A stretch of 64,000 nt of DNA, taken from assembly GCA_963676795.2 (NCBI GenBank), contig CAXXTB010000002.1:320001-384000 (forward strand). Direction: 5' to 3'. This DNA is from Geopsychrobacteraceae bacterium. GTDB lineage: Bacteria > Desulfobacterota > Desulfuromonadia > Desulfuromonadales > Geopsychrobacteraceae. Position numbers and translations under genes: made by a program. Each line of letters begins with the position of its first letter. The stretch's first letter is position 1. Of this stretch, positions 20,166 through 30,462 are shown one piece after another. Under the pieces are notes generated by a model that searched no databases, was not told the DNA's origin, and saw only the letters and a list, made by a program, of their open reading frames with translations.

Positions 20166-20323
20166 ATGGAATAGTTGTTATTGGTGGTCGATGGCTAGCA
20201 GACGACGGTCTGAACTTTCGAACGGTTGGTCGACAGGCTACTCGGTATGTCGCTGGTATAGACAGTTTCTGAGCAGGTCACTGCGGCATCGAAAGATACT
20301 TATACTGAAAGGGAGAATCAAGA

Positions 20324-21760
20324 ATGGGTTTTAGAGATTTACGCTCGTTCCTCGCCAAGTTAGAGGAAGACGGGCAGTTACTGCAATACAACGACCTGGT
20401 TGTGCCGGAGCCGGACATTCGCGCTATCGCCAAAGCTGCTGGCGATATGGGTGATACAGGGCCGGCGGTTATGATCAACAATATTCTTGGTCATAAAAAG
20501 GCAAGAATTGCGGTCAATGTTCATGGTAGCTGGGCCAATCACGCGGTCATGCTCGGAATGCCCAAGACGACGAGCCTTAAAGAGCAGTTTGTAGAGCTGG
20601 ACAAGCGCTGGGATTCCTATCCTGGTGAAATTGAGTTCGTTGACAATGCCCCATGTCAGGAAGAGGTTGTTGAAGGTGAAGATCTTAATCTTCTTGAGCT
20701 GTTACCGGTGTATAAGGTCAATGAGAACGACGGTGGTTTCTATCTGTCAAAGGCATCCGTTGTAACCGCAGATCCGGATGAGCCGGACAACCTGGATAAG
20801 GTCAATGTCGGTATCTACCGTCTCCAGGTTCAGGACAAACGGACTTTGGCGATGCAGGGCTTACCATTTCATGACATTGCCATTCATATGCGTAAAAACG
20901 AGGAACTGAACAGGCCGACTCCAATCGCCATCTGTTTGGGCGTTGAGCCGATGCTCAGCTTCATGGCCAGTACTCCACTTGCCTATGATCAATCGGAATA
21001 CAAGTTCGCTGCGGCGATTAATGGTATCCCGACCGAGTTGACCAGAGCGACCCTGTCGGGATTGCCTGTCCCTGCTGGATGTGAGTACGTTCTGGAAGGT
21101 GAGATTATTCCGCGCAAGCGTATTCCTGAAGGCCCTTTTGGTGAATTTCCTGGAAGCTATTCCGGTACGAGAAAGCAGGTTGAAATCAGGATTGATAGAG
21201 TCACTCATCGCAAGGATCCGATTTTTGAAAATCTGTATCTCGGTATTCCGTGGACTGAAATTGACACCCTGATGGGGCTGAACACCTGTGTTCCGCTCTA
21301 TAAGCAGATTCGCGAAACCATGCCTGAGGTTAAGGCTGTCAATGCAATGTATCAGCATGGCTTGACAGTTATCATTGCAACGGATCAGCGATTGGGTGGG
21401 TATGCAAAGTCGGTTGCCTTCAGACTATTCTCGACACCTCACGGAATCTCTTATTGCAAGACCTGTATTCTTGTCGATGGTGATGTCGATCCGTTTGACC
21501 TGAACCAGGTCATGTGGGCCATGTCGACTCGTCTGCGTGGCAGTAAGAGCATTATCTGCATTGAGCCAACCCCTGGTATGCCGCTCGATCCAGGCTCGGA
21601 GCCGCCTGGGATGGGGGCGAAGGTTATTATTGACTGTACGACACCGGTTGCGCCGGAGCCTCAGATGCGCGACACCATGTTGATTGAGAGGATTCCGGAA
21701 GCCGCTGAGATGCAGAAAATTCTGACTCAGATGCATGAAGCTGTTAAGGCGGGCAAGTAG
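20324..21760 (+). CDS. bsdC: UbiD-family non-oxidative hydroxyarylic acid decarboxylase subunit C (BsdC/VdcC type)
   Basis: NVHGSWANHA, NVGIYRLQV, EGPFGEFPGSYSG, YLGIPWTEID and QVMWAMSTR match the BsdC/VdcC clade. Confidence 0.88.
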   Translation: MGFRDLRSFLAKLEEDGQLLQYNDLVVPEPDIRAIAKAAGDMGDTGPAVMINNILGHKKARIAVNVHGSWANHAVMLGMPKTTSLKEQFVELDKRWDSYPGEIEFVDNAPCQEEVVEGEDLNLLELLPVYKVNENDGGFYLSKASVVTADPDEPDNLDKVNVGIYRLQVQDKRTLAMQGLPFHDIAIHMRKNEELNRPTPIAICLGVEPMLSFMASTPLAYDQSEYKFAAAINGIPTELTRATLSGLPVPAGCEYVLEGEIIPRKRIPEGPFGEFPGSYSGTRKQVEIRIDRVTHRKDPIFENLYLGIPWTEIDTLMGLNTCVPLYKQIRETMPEVKAVNAMYQHGLTVIIATDQRLGGYAKSVAFRLFSTPHGISYCKTCILVDGDVDPFDLNQVMWAMSTRLRGSKSIICIEPTPGMPLDPGSEPPGMGAKVIIDCTTPVAPEPQMRDTMLIERIPEAAEMQKILTQMHEAVKAGK

Positions 21761-21786
21761 ATTGAGACATGAATGGAGATAAAACG

Positions 21787-22017
21787 ATGAAATGTGTTCG
21801 TTGTTTGGAAGATAGGATTCGCATTGTTGCCGTTGCTCCTGATGGGAGCAGGGCCTGGGAAATTTACAAATGTGACCACTGTAACTACGGGTGGAGAAGT
21901 ACCGAACAAGAAACTGTAACAGTCGTTAGCAAGCGGGATCAGCGCTTTCAGATGGTTGGGGAGAACCTTGATGAATTGTTGAGCCCTTGCGTGATACCGC
22001 CTCTGAAGACATCATAG
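21787..22017 (+). CDS. bsdD: Hydroxyarylic acid decarboxylase subunit D (BsdD/VdcD type)
   Basis: MKCVRC...WEIYKCDHCNYGWRSTE...IPPL zinc-ribbon pattern directly after subunit C. Confidence 0.85.
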   Translation: MKCVRCLEDRIRIVAVAPDGSRAWEIYKCDHCNYGWRSTEQETVTVVSKRDQRFQMVGENLDELLSPCVIPPLKTS

Positions 22018-22209
22018 GTAGTTACCATCCAAAACTAGGTAGGCGGGTTATCCAATGCTTGCTTGTTTAAAGATTTATCATTTTCGCGCGTTCTGCCAAT
22101 CTGGGCTTCCCCTCCGCTCAGGATTGTGTGTTCCTGAGTACCGGATTGGTTGGACGCTTAAAGAAGCCCCGCTCTTAGAGCGGGGCCCATTATTTTTTGG
22201 GGACTTTTT

Positions 22210-23385
22210 ATGCAGAATATTAAAAGTGCATTCGGTTTAAAAATCGCAATACTGTCACTTTCCTTTTTGTTGATGCTGCGTATGACGATTTCACCCGCGT
22301 TGGCTGAGATCGGCAAGGCATTTCCTGCCGTCAGTCAGGAAACGCTGATGATCATGCTTGTGCTGCCGTCTCTGGTGGCAATTGTATCTGGCTTTCTGGC
22401 GGGGATTGTTTCGCATAAGTTCCGGACCAAGTTGGTTCTCTATGTGGCTTTGGTCCTGTTTCTTATCGGCGGGATGGGGCCGATTTTTGTCCACGATTTC
22501 AGGTTGATTATGTTGTGCCGCGTTATACTGGGTGTGGGAATCGGTTTTTTTCTCCCATACAGTGCCGGGCTGATTGCAACTTTTTATGAGGGGCGCGAGC
22601 GAAATCAAATGCTCGGCTTCCAGAGTGCTTCGTGTAGTATTGGAAACGTCATTACCAGCCTTGTCGCCGGGCTTCTGGCGGTACTTTCCTGGAATCTTCC
22701 TTTCCTGATCTACGGTTTTGCGTTTATTTCTCTCTTGCTGATCGTTGTGTATCTGCCCGAACCTCAAAAGGTTGGGCTGGACGGTCGGCACGGCGGCAGG
22801 TCGGTAGCGGTCAATAAGGGGGTGACCCTTGTCTGCGTCGGCGTGCTGCTTTACTCTATCCTCTATTTTGCTTTCTTTGGTTATCTGGCCTTTATTGTTG
22901 ATGCCAGTGGATTAGGGGATGCAAAAGTCTCTGGCCTGGCAACGATGTTGATGACACTCGGGGCTTTGATAATGGGCTTGTCTTTTGGGCAAATCGTAAG
23001 ATTCATGAAGTCCTATGCGCTGTTTCTTGCGTTGATTTTAAATGCTGCCGGTTTCGGTATCCTGTCGGTAGCAAATAGCCTGGGAGAGTTGTTTGCTGGA
23101 TCTTTCATCGTTGGCCTTGGCTTTGGCCTGTTGATGCCGTATGCAATGATGCGGTTGAATGAGGCTTCCGACAGGGCCGCCGTCAATTTTTCAAACGCAT
23201 TATTTATGACCGCCGTTAATATCGGAACAGCGGCAGCGCCGAAGATTCTGGTGGCTGTCGGGCAGATTTTTGGTAATGAGGATGGTCAGTTCATTTTTCA
23301 TATCTGTACAATCTGTATGTTTGGTTCAGCTGTAATTTACCTTGTCTATTCTGTGGGAACAGCTTTGAGGAGTAGGGCATATTAG
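22210..23385 (+). CDS. MFS transporter
   Basis: About 12 hydrophobic segments, ISPALAEI and RVILGVGIG MFS pattern. Confidence 0.88.
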   Translation: MQNIKSAFGLKIAILSLSFLLMLRMTISPALAEIGKAFPAVSQETLMIMLVLPSLVAIVSGFLAGIVSHKFRTKLVLYVALVLFLIGGMGPIFVHDFRLIMLCRVILGVGIGFFLPYSAGLIATFYEGRERNQMLGFQSASCSIGNVITSLVAGLLAVLSWNLPFLIYGFAFISLLLIVVYLPEPQKVGLDGRHGGRSVAVNKGVTLVCVGVLLYSILYFAFFGYLAFIVDASGLGDAKVSGLATMLMTLGALIMGLSFGQIVRFMKSYALFLALILNAAGFGILSVANSLGELFAGSFIVGLGFGLLMPYAMMRLNEASDRAAVNFSNALFMTAVNIGTAAAPKILVAVGQIFGNEDGQFIFHICTICMFGSAVIYLVYSVGTALRSRAY

Positions 23386-23673
23386 TCGAAAGGCGGCATT
23401 GTCTGAATATTTGTCCGTCGGGCAGGAAGGGTTGGCCGACGGACAGTGCACGGCGCTGGTCAGCGAGAATCTGGAAAGGTTTGTCATAAAGTGCGGCTGT
23501 GATTTAGCTCGGAAATCGCAGGTTCGTATAGGCCATGCGCAATACATTCGAGACCTGTATTCGGTTTTACGGGTTGTTGGCGATCCCAATATCATCCTGA
23601 TTATCGCCCGGTGCGTACAGGATTATTTAACCAGTGATGTCAGTCATGACGATACCGAGTGGCACTCTCACGG

Positions 23674-25725
23674 TCAGGTCGAGGCGGTCTGAGAGTTCTC
23701 GCTGCTCAGAGCATTACGGATGACTTTTGATATCGTATTCGCTCGGAAGGGTTTATGGACATAGGCTTTGATTCCTAAACGCTTTGCTTGCTCTTCTGAA
23801 ACTGTAGCTGAATAACCTGTTGTTAGTATGAATGGTATGTCAGGTCGTATTGAAAACATTCTTTCCGCCAGTGCTGCTCCGGTTATATTAGGCATTGTCT
23901 GGTCTGAAATAACCAGATCAAAGCTTTGAGGATTGCAGGAAAAAAGCTCAAGGGCATTTTTGCTGTCGATGACCACCGTCACTTTGTATCCAAGGGTCTC
24001 AAGTATTTCCTTCGCGATTTTAGCAACTATTTCATCGTCGTCGACATAGAGGATCCTTTCACTTCCTGTGAGAGGTTCTTTGCGATCAACGGCTAATTCC
24101 TGCGAAGGTTCATCCTGTTCTTCAATAGGTAGAAAAATGTTGAAGGTGCATCCTTTGCCTTTTTGGCTTTCAAGGGTGATAAAGCCATCGTAGCTTTTGA
24201 CAATGCTATGAACCATGGAGAGACCGAGGCCGGTGCCTTTTCCCTCCTCTTTGGTTGTGAAAAAGGGGTCAAATATGCGTTCTTGATTCTTTTTGTCAAT
24301 CCCTGGTCCGTCGTCGGCGACCGACATGCAAAGGTAGCGACCTGAATGCTGATTCTGATTATTTTGCTCCACTTCTGAAAGATTGATATGAATTTTCCCT
24401 CCGCTGTCTTCAAGGGCATGAAAAGCATTGATGCATAGGTTTATTAAGATCTGGTTTATTTTTACCGGGTCAGCGCGGAGATAGACCCCTTGAATCGAAG
24501 AGCTTTCTTGTATTTCGATGTTTGCCGGGATTATGGAACGCAGCATTTTTAAGGTTTCTTTGGTTAGGCTAAGGGGAGATATAGTGACACATTCAGAATC
24601 TGTTGGTCGGCTAAAGGTCAAAATTTGCTGAATTAATTCGCTTGCTCTGCTTCCTGAACTCAGGATGCCGTCAAGATCCTCTTCGAGTTTATTTCTTGAG
24701 TCTGTATGCAGTTTTGCAAGCTCTGTGCGACCGATGATCGCCGATAGAATATTGTTGAAATCGTGTGCTATCCCACCTGCGAGAGTTCCGATTGTTTCCA
24801 GTTTTTGTGATTGAAGAAGCGCGTGTTCCAGCCGTTTTTTTTCGGTAATGTCACGGATAAAAACGCAGATGCGGCCGTTAAGATCATTGAAATGGGTGGT
24901 GTTGATTTCAACGTCGATCTGTCGACCGTCTTTGCAGGTGTAAATCGATTCAAAGTGGTCCGAGCCTTTTGCTGTCGCGAATTTGATGCGTTGGGTGATA
25001 CATTCCTGGTCAACAATTAATTCAAGGTCTGCAATGCTCATCCGGAGAAGTTCCTTCTCTGAATAGCCAGTCATGAGACAGAACGCAGGATTGACTTCGG
25101 TGAAATTTCCAACCGAGTCGATAAGAAAAAAGCCATCAGCGATTGCCGTAAGGATGCTGCTATATTCCTGCTCCTTGATTTTGCTTCTTTCTTCAAGCTT
25201 TTTCTTCTGGGTTATGTCTAGATTTGTCCCGCTGACTCGTAACGGTTTTCCCTTGCTGTCCCGATCGGTTATTTTTCCCCTGCCGAGCATCCAGCGTGAA
25301 TTCCCAAGGTTGTCAACGAGTGGGTATTCTTTTTCGAAGCTGTCGTAGCGATCATTGGCTAAATCATTCAGGGTTGCTGTGAACTCATCAAAAGTATCCC
25401 TATTTGCAGGATATAGATAACTTTCATGCTCAATCAGGGGCGATGTGTCAGGTTGGTCATGATATCCAAGTTGGTCGAGCCATTTTCTGTCAAAGGTAAT
25501 AGTATCCTGGGAAATATTCCATTCCCAGGTTCCAATGTCGGCTGCCGCTAGTGCGAGTGTGGTCCGGGTAAGTTTTTGCCGGATGTTTTGTGTTTTGAGG
25601 TAGAAAATCCATAGGCAAAGTATCAGGAAAAAGAGAGTGACGGATAGTACTACAGTCAATGTGTTAAGCTCTGAAAGGTTAGAGAGGGACGGCATGAGCT
25701 CCTCCAGAGTGCTTATGCGGGACAA
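23674..25725 (-). CDS. PAS-domain hybrid sensor histidine kinase / receiver
   Basis: TM helix, two PAS/PAC domains, AGGIAHDFNN H-box, N/G boxes and a C-terminal receiver (YVDDD, SDQTMP). Start uncertain. Confidence 0.92.
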   Translation of the reverse strand: MSRISTLEELMPSLSNLSELNTLTVVLSVTLFFLILCLWIFYLKTQNIRQKLTRTTLALAAADIGTWEWNISQDTITFDRKWLDQLGYHDQPDTSPLIEHESYLYPANRDTFDEFTATLNDLANDRYDSFEKEYPLVDNLGNSRWMLGRGKITDRDSKGKPLRVSGTNLDITQKKKLEERSKIKEQEYSSILTAIADGFFLIDSVGNFTEVNPAFCLMTGYSEKELLRMSIADLELIVDQECITQRIKFATAKGSDHFESIYTCKDGRQIDVEINTTHFNDLNGRICVFIRDITEKKRLEHALLQSQKLETIGTLAGGIAHDFNNILSAIIGRTELAKLHTDSRNKLEEDLDGILSSGSRASELIQQILTFSRPTDSECVTISPLSLTKETLKMLRSIIPANIEIQESSSIQGVYLRADPVKINQILINLCINAFHALEDSGGKIHINLSEVEQNNQNQHSGRYLCMSVADDGPGIDKKNQERIFDPFFTTKEEGKGTGLGLSMVHSIVKSYDGFITLESQKGKGCTFNIFLPIEEQDEPSQELAVDRKEPLTGSERILYVDDDEIVAKIAKEILETLGYKVTVVIDSKNALELFSCNPQSFDLVISDQTMPNITGAALAERMFSIRPDIPFILTTGYSATVSEEQAKRLGIKAYVHKPFRANTISKVIRNALSSENSQTAST

Positions 25726-25921
25726 GGTTGAGGCATGAATGTCTGCAGCCTGGCAGGAAGTTGTGTTGATGAATATACATATCCCTGTACCTCAACTCCG
25801 GTAGCTTTGCTCTGACTAGAATTTTAACATATTTCAAGCAGTGTTGTGGTGCTGCAATGTTATTTTGAGAGGCGTTGGAGGAGCGCCAGCTATCCGCTTG
25901 TCATGGTTTCAGGCATTAATC

Positions 25922-27472
25922 TTAGTGTCTGTTTTTATTATTTTGGTTTTGCTTGATGCCCAGTTTTGCCATTTTGCTTCTCAATGTGTTGGGATTTAAT
26001 TTCAGCATTTCAGCGGCGCTTGCAGGCCCGCTGATTTTTCCCTCGGCCAAATCAAGCGCATAGAGAATGTGTTGTTTTATCATCTCTTCAAGCGTCTCAA
26101 TCTGACCTGAGTGAACGTTTTTGTTTCTGGGCTGATCAGGGACTCCCTGCAAGCCGTTAAATTCTAAAGGGCCACTGGGATGGAGAATCAGTTCTCTTTC
26201 GACGAGGTTTTCTAACTCTCTAACATTGCCTGGCCATGAATAATTCATGAGGCGAGTTATGGCACCGGTTCTTATTGTCGGAGATTTTGGCAAATTCATT
26301 TTTTTTGCCAGTTTTTCAACAAGGAACCTGATCAGCTCAGGGATATCTTCACTGCGATGGCGTAGTGGGGGGACAGTTATCGGGAAGACATTAAGTCGAA
26401 AAAGCAGATCCTCGCGGAACTCTCCGCTGGCAACCATTTCACTCAGATTTCTGTGCGTTGCGGCAATAACCCTTATGTCGACAGATATCGTCGACTTACC
26501 CCCGACACGTTCAATCTCTTTGTTTTGTAATACCCGCAGCAGGCGCACCTGGGCCGCCAGGGAGAGTTCACCAATTTCATCGAGGAAAATCGTTCCTCCG
26601 TTGGCACGCTCAAATCGCCCTTTCTGGGATGTTCCAGCGCCGGTAAATGCCCCTTTCTCAAAACCGAAAAGTTCACTGTCGATCAGGGAGTCAGGTATCG
26701 CTCCACAATTGATCTTGATATAAGGGGCTCCGGACCGTTCAGAAGATTCCTGAATGGCGTCGGCTATCAGTTCTTTGCCAACTCCTGTTTCACCCAATAT
26801 GAGGACGGGTGCGTCAACCTTTGAAATTTGCCTGACTGCGTAAACTATATTTTTGAGACCGGACTCCGCGCCGATGATTTTGTGGGTCTGTTGCTGTTTC
26901 AGTTCATTGCTGAGAAAACGGTTCTCGTCGGCCAGTTCAAGGGCCCTGATTTCCTGGCTGAAATAGCTCACTGAAAGGGTGTTGACCAGGCACATTGTCT
27001 CAGCAAGCATCTCGATTAGTTCAATATGTTCCTGAGTGTAACGATCGCTGCCATTGGCATAAAAGCCGGTATAGCCGATTGCCAGGTTATTGTTGATGTT
27101 GTAGCGCAAGAGGATCGCGGAGCCGAGTTGGGGACTCAGTTGCTTCTTGATGTAGCTGATGAATGGACGTCCGAGGTCATATTGCTGTAGTGAATTCAGA
27201 ATGATGGCATTGCGATCAAATGTCTTTTCGTAGAAAAGTTTGACTTTTTCGGATAGTGAAATGGTGGCGTTCGGGCGCTGTACTTCACTATCTGTTCTGA
27301 GCGTTCTGATGAGTAGCGACCGCTCTCTGCGGCTGTATTCCGTGTGGATCAGAGCGTCAAGTGGCATAACGCTGCTCATGTACTGATAAAACGCTTCTAT
27401 TGCCTTGCCAATGTCTGTGGTGCTTGTCAGCCGTTGTGTTGCCTCTTTGTAAAACTTCGATTTGTCTATCAT
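25922..27472 (-). CDS. Sigma54-dependent enhancer-binding protein (GAF-like input, AAA+, Fis HTH)
   Basis: GETGVGKE, GAFTGA, FLDEIGE and WPGNVRELEN. Confidence 0.95.
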   Translation of the reverse strand: MIDKSKFYKEATQRLTSTTDIGKAIEAFYQYMSSVMPLDALIHTEYSRRERSLLIRTLRTDSEVQRPNATISLSEKVKLFYEKTFDRNAIILNSLQQYDLGRPFISYIKKQLSPQLGSAILLRYNINNNLAIGYTGFYANGSDRYTQEHIELIEMLAETMCLVNTLSVSYFSQEIRALELADENRFLSNELKQQQTHKIIGAESGLKNIVYAVRQISKVDAPVLILGETGVGKELIADAIQESSERSGAPYIKINCGAIPDSLIDSELFGFEKGAFTGAGTSQKGRFERANGGTIFLDEIGELSLAAQVRLLRVLQNKEIERVGGKSTISVDIRVIAATHRNLSEMVASGEFREDLLFRLNVFPITVPPLRHRSEDIPELIRFLVEKLAKKMNLPKSPTIRTGAITRLMNYSWPGNVRELENLVERELILHPSGPLEFNGLQGVPDQPRNKNVHSGQIETLEEMIKQHILYALDLAEGKISGPASAAEMLKLNPNTLRSKMAKLGIKQNQNNKNRH

Positions 27473-27900
27473 CTCTGAATGTCTTCTTTCTGCTGCGTTA
27501 ACAGAAGTTGTGCCATCGATTCTTGAGTCGCTCGACCAAACATGTCAATCATCATATTTCGTGATTACTTCTGGGTCAAGTTTGATGTGTAGATGCCTCG
27601 GAAAATGTGTATGTGCCTTTTTTAGCCGGGACCTTTATCTGGCGAAGATAAATTTCAGCATTGCTTTAACTGTAAGACAATAAAAGTTATTTCAGTTGCT
27701 CTTGTGTGGAGTGAATTGATCTTTTTGATTTCACTGTTGGTGTGATTTCGTCTTTGTGCTGTGAAGTCTGAGCTCTCTCTGAGATGGTTTTCTTAGCAAG
27801 ATCGTTTTATTGAACGAAGTTTATTTCATTTTTCGGAGATGTTTAAACGAAATAAAACAACTTTCGGCATGAAACCCTTGAAAATCGCGGTTCTGAACAA

Positions 27901-27916
27901 TGGCACAGTTTCTGCT
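27901..27916 (+). promoter_or_regulatory. Sigma54 promoter
   Basis: TGGCACAGTTTCTGCT with GG-N10-GC, divergent from the adjacent enhancer-binding protein gene. Confidence 0.78.
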
Positions 27917-28283
27917 CTAGTACGGTGAAGAAACCTGGCGGCTTCTACTTGGGCTCCATTTTTCTTTGTGCTTGTGCTGAGACTGTCAGGCTGAAAACGA
28001 CGATAAGCTGAAGGTTTCACGTTGTTTCAGGATGTCTTTATTTGTAGAGACGGTTGGACGCCCAGACTGCTCTGAGTCAATTGCCAGATGAGATGCCTCG
28101 TCTCAAAGGTGCGAAAAAATAAAGTTTTAGACGCAGCTATATAATGAAATAGCGTTTTTCATTGTTTGTGCTTATTGGCAATAGCTGCCCCGCAGTGTTT
28201 ATAGAGTGATTTAGGTTTCAGTGGCCGCAAGCTCAAGCTTTACCCATAACTTAAAAAATGGACCTAAGGAACCAGAGGAGGAA

Positions 28284-30326
28284 ATGATGTCAAATACGTA
28301 CAATGTTGCAGTTATTGGTGCTGGCAATATGGGCAGTGGTATAGCTCAGAAAATGGCACAGGAAGGGCTCAATGTCACATTGGTTGACATGAATGAAGCC
28401 GCAGTTGAGCGCGGTCTGGGTATCATCCGCAAGATGCTTGATGAGGGTGTTTCTCGCAAGGTTCTAACCCAAGAACAGATGGATGCCACTTTGACACGAG
28501 TCAAGCCGACGACTTCATATGAAGATGTAAAAGATGTCGATTTGGTTGTTGAGGCGATTTTCGAGGATCTGAAGATCAAGGGGGACCTGTTCGAGAAACT
28601 GGACGGCATCTGTAACCCCAAAACTATCTTTGCAACCAACACTTCAAGTTTCTACGTTCGCGATCTGGCTGCGCGCACCAAGCGTCCTGACCGTGTTGTC
28701 GGTATGCATTACTTTTTCCATCCAGCCAAGAACCGTCTGCTTGAGGTTATTCCTCATGAAGGTGTCAGCGAAGAAACCATGGAGACTGCTCTGCTGATCG
28801 GCAGGCTTCACGGTAAAACCAACATCGTTGTTGCTGACGCTCCTGGCTTCTGTGTCAATCGTTTCTTTGTTCCATTCCTGATGCTGTCCATTCGTGCGCT
28901 AGAAGAGGGCATTGCCGATATCCCTACTATCGAAGAAGCCGCCAAGCGAGCCTTCAAGATTGGCATGGGGCCATTTGAGCTGATGAACGTTACCGGTATT
29001 CCGATTGCTCTGCATGCCGCGACGACTTTGAAAAATGAACTCAGTGCTTTCTATGCACCACCGCAGCTCCTCGCCGCCCAGGTTGACTGCCGTGAACTCT
29101 GGAACCTCGAAGGTAATGTTGATGAAGCAAAAATTGAAGAAGTCAGCGGCTACCTGTTGGGTGGAACCCTTGGTGTCGCGTGTCAGTTGGTCGATGAGAA
29201 GGTTGCTTCTATCGAAGATACCGACCGTGGCGCCAAAATCGGCCTGCGATGGAGTCTTGGTCCATTCGAGCTGATCAACCGGATGGGTGTCGACAAGATC
29301 TATGACTGTGTCGATGCGATCTGCAAGCGTTACCCGACCTTCAAGATGCCACAGCTTCTTGCTGATCAGAAGGCCGCTGGAAAACCTTTCGAGTTCAACT
29401 TTGTCGATCTTGAAGTCAAGGGTGATGTCGCATATATCACCGTCAACCGTCCTGAAGCAATGAATGCGCTCAACCCGGTTGTTGTTGACCAGCTCGAATC
29501 GCGCTTCAATGAGGCTGAAGAGAACGACGCTGTTAAGGCTATTGCAATTCAGGGAGCCGGTAAGGCTTTTATCGCCGGTGCGGATATCAAGTTTTTCATC
29601 GATAACATTAAGAACAACACCCTGCATATCAATCAGGAGTTCACCGCGAAGGGACACCGTCTGCTGCGTCGTTTTGAAACCTCTCCCAAGCTGACCATTG
29701 CCATTCTTGACGGCCTCTCTCTCGGCGGCGGTAGTGAGCTGGCTCTGTCCTGTCAGGCGATTGTCGCAACACCAAACGGCTCAATGGGCTTTCCTGAAAC
29801 CGGTATCGGCATCTATCCGGGTCTCGGTGGCATGCTGCGTTTCGAACGCCATGTCGGTCCTGAACTGGCCAAGTATTTTGTCTTTACCGGCAAAAGCATT
29901 AAAGCTGAGGAGGCACTTGAGCTGGGAATTGTCACCAAGCTGACTGAACCGGCCAATCTTGAGTCGGCAATTCGTGAGGTTGTAGAAACCGGTTCTTTCG
30001 ACAAGTACGCTGAACGGGAAATTCCTGCGAAATACAACGATCACATCAAGGCCTTTGGCGATTCTAACATCAGTAAGGTTGTTAATCGCGAGGCGCCAGC
30101 AGGAGTTGATGCCGAATTCGCCAAGAAAACAGGCTCGATTCTGGCGAAGAAGGCACCGATTGCCCTGCGAATTGCCAATGAACTGATCGATGCTCAGAGC
30201 AAGGTTGATATTCCCAAGGCTATTGATCTTGAACTCGCCCGTCTTGAAGAAATGTTCACAACTGAAGACGCCTTGACTGGTCTGACAACACGCCCGGGTA
30301 AGCCTATCGAGTTCCAGAACAAATAA
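28284..30326 (+). CDS. 3-hydroxyacyl-CoA dehydrogenase / enoyl-CoA hydratase fusion (HADH N-terminal)
   Basis: RBS GAGGAGG before ATG 28284/28287; GAGNMG, VEAIFE, TNTSS and MHYFFHP; crotonase AGADI, GGGSELA and FPETG. Confidence 0.92.
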   Translation: MMSNTYNVAVIGAGNMGSGIAQKMAQEGLNVTLVDMNEAAVERGLGIIRKMLDEGVSRKVLTQEQMDATLTRVKPTTSYEDVKDVDLVVEAIFEDLKIKGDLFEKLDGICNPKTIFATNTSSFYVRDLAARTKRPDRVVGMHYFFHPAKNRLLEVIPHEGVSEETMETALLIGRLHGKTNIVVADAPGFCVNRFFVPFLMLSIRALEEGIADIPTIEEAAKRAFKIGMGPFELMNVTGIPIALHAATTLKNELSAFYAPPQLLAAQVDCRELWNLEGNVDEAKIEEVSGYLLGGTLGVACQLVDEKVASIEDTDRGAKIGLRWSLGPFELINRMGVDKIYDCVDAICKRYPTFKMPQLLADQKAAGKPFEFNFVDLEVKGDVAYITVNRPEAMNALNPVVVDQLESRFNEAEENDAVKAIAIQGAGKAFIAGADIKFFIDNIKNNTLHINQEFTAKGHRLLRRFETSPKLTIAILDGLSLGGGSELALSCQAIVATPNGSMGFPETGIGIYPGLGGMLRFERHVGPELAKYFVFTGKSIKAEEALELGIVTKLTEPANLESAIREVVETGSFDKYAEREIPAKYNDHIKAFGDSNISKVVNREAPAGVDAEFAKKTGSILAKKAPIALRIANELIDAQSKVDIPKAIDLELARLEEMFTTEDALTGLTTRPGKPIEFQNK

Positions 30327-30334
30327 GTCGCCTA

Positions 30335-30370
30335 ATTCACGGGCATTCGTTTAGGCGAATGCCCGTGAAT
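30335..30370. repeat. Perfect 15-bp intergenic hairpin
   Basis: ATTCACGGGCATTCG-TTTAGG-CGAATGCCCGTGAAT with no U tract; likely an mRNA stability or processing element. Confidence 0.6.
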
Positions 30371-30462
30371 GAAAAGAAGCTGCATTGCCGAGATATTTCG
30401 TTTTCACGTGCTCTTAGTCAGTGCAGCTCCATTGCTTTCAGAAATCACTCTAGGAGGAAAAC

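Noticed and set aside
23399..23692. 97-aa ORF after the MFS gene
   Set aside because: TTG start, no motif and overlap with the convergent kinase stop; not supportable.
4171..30370. REP-like family from the shared TTCACGGG/CCCGTGAA words in hairpins at 4178 and 30335
   Set aside because: Only two instances with opposite arm order; the first is a normal terminator, so the match may be chance.
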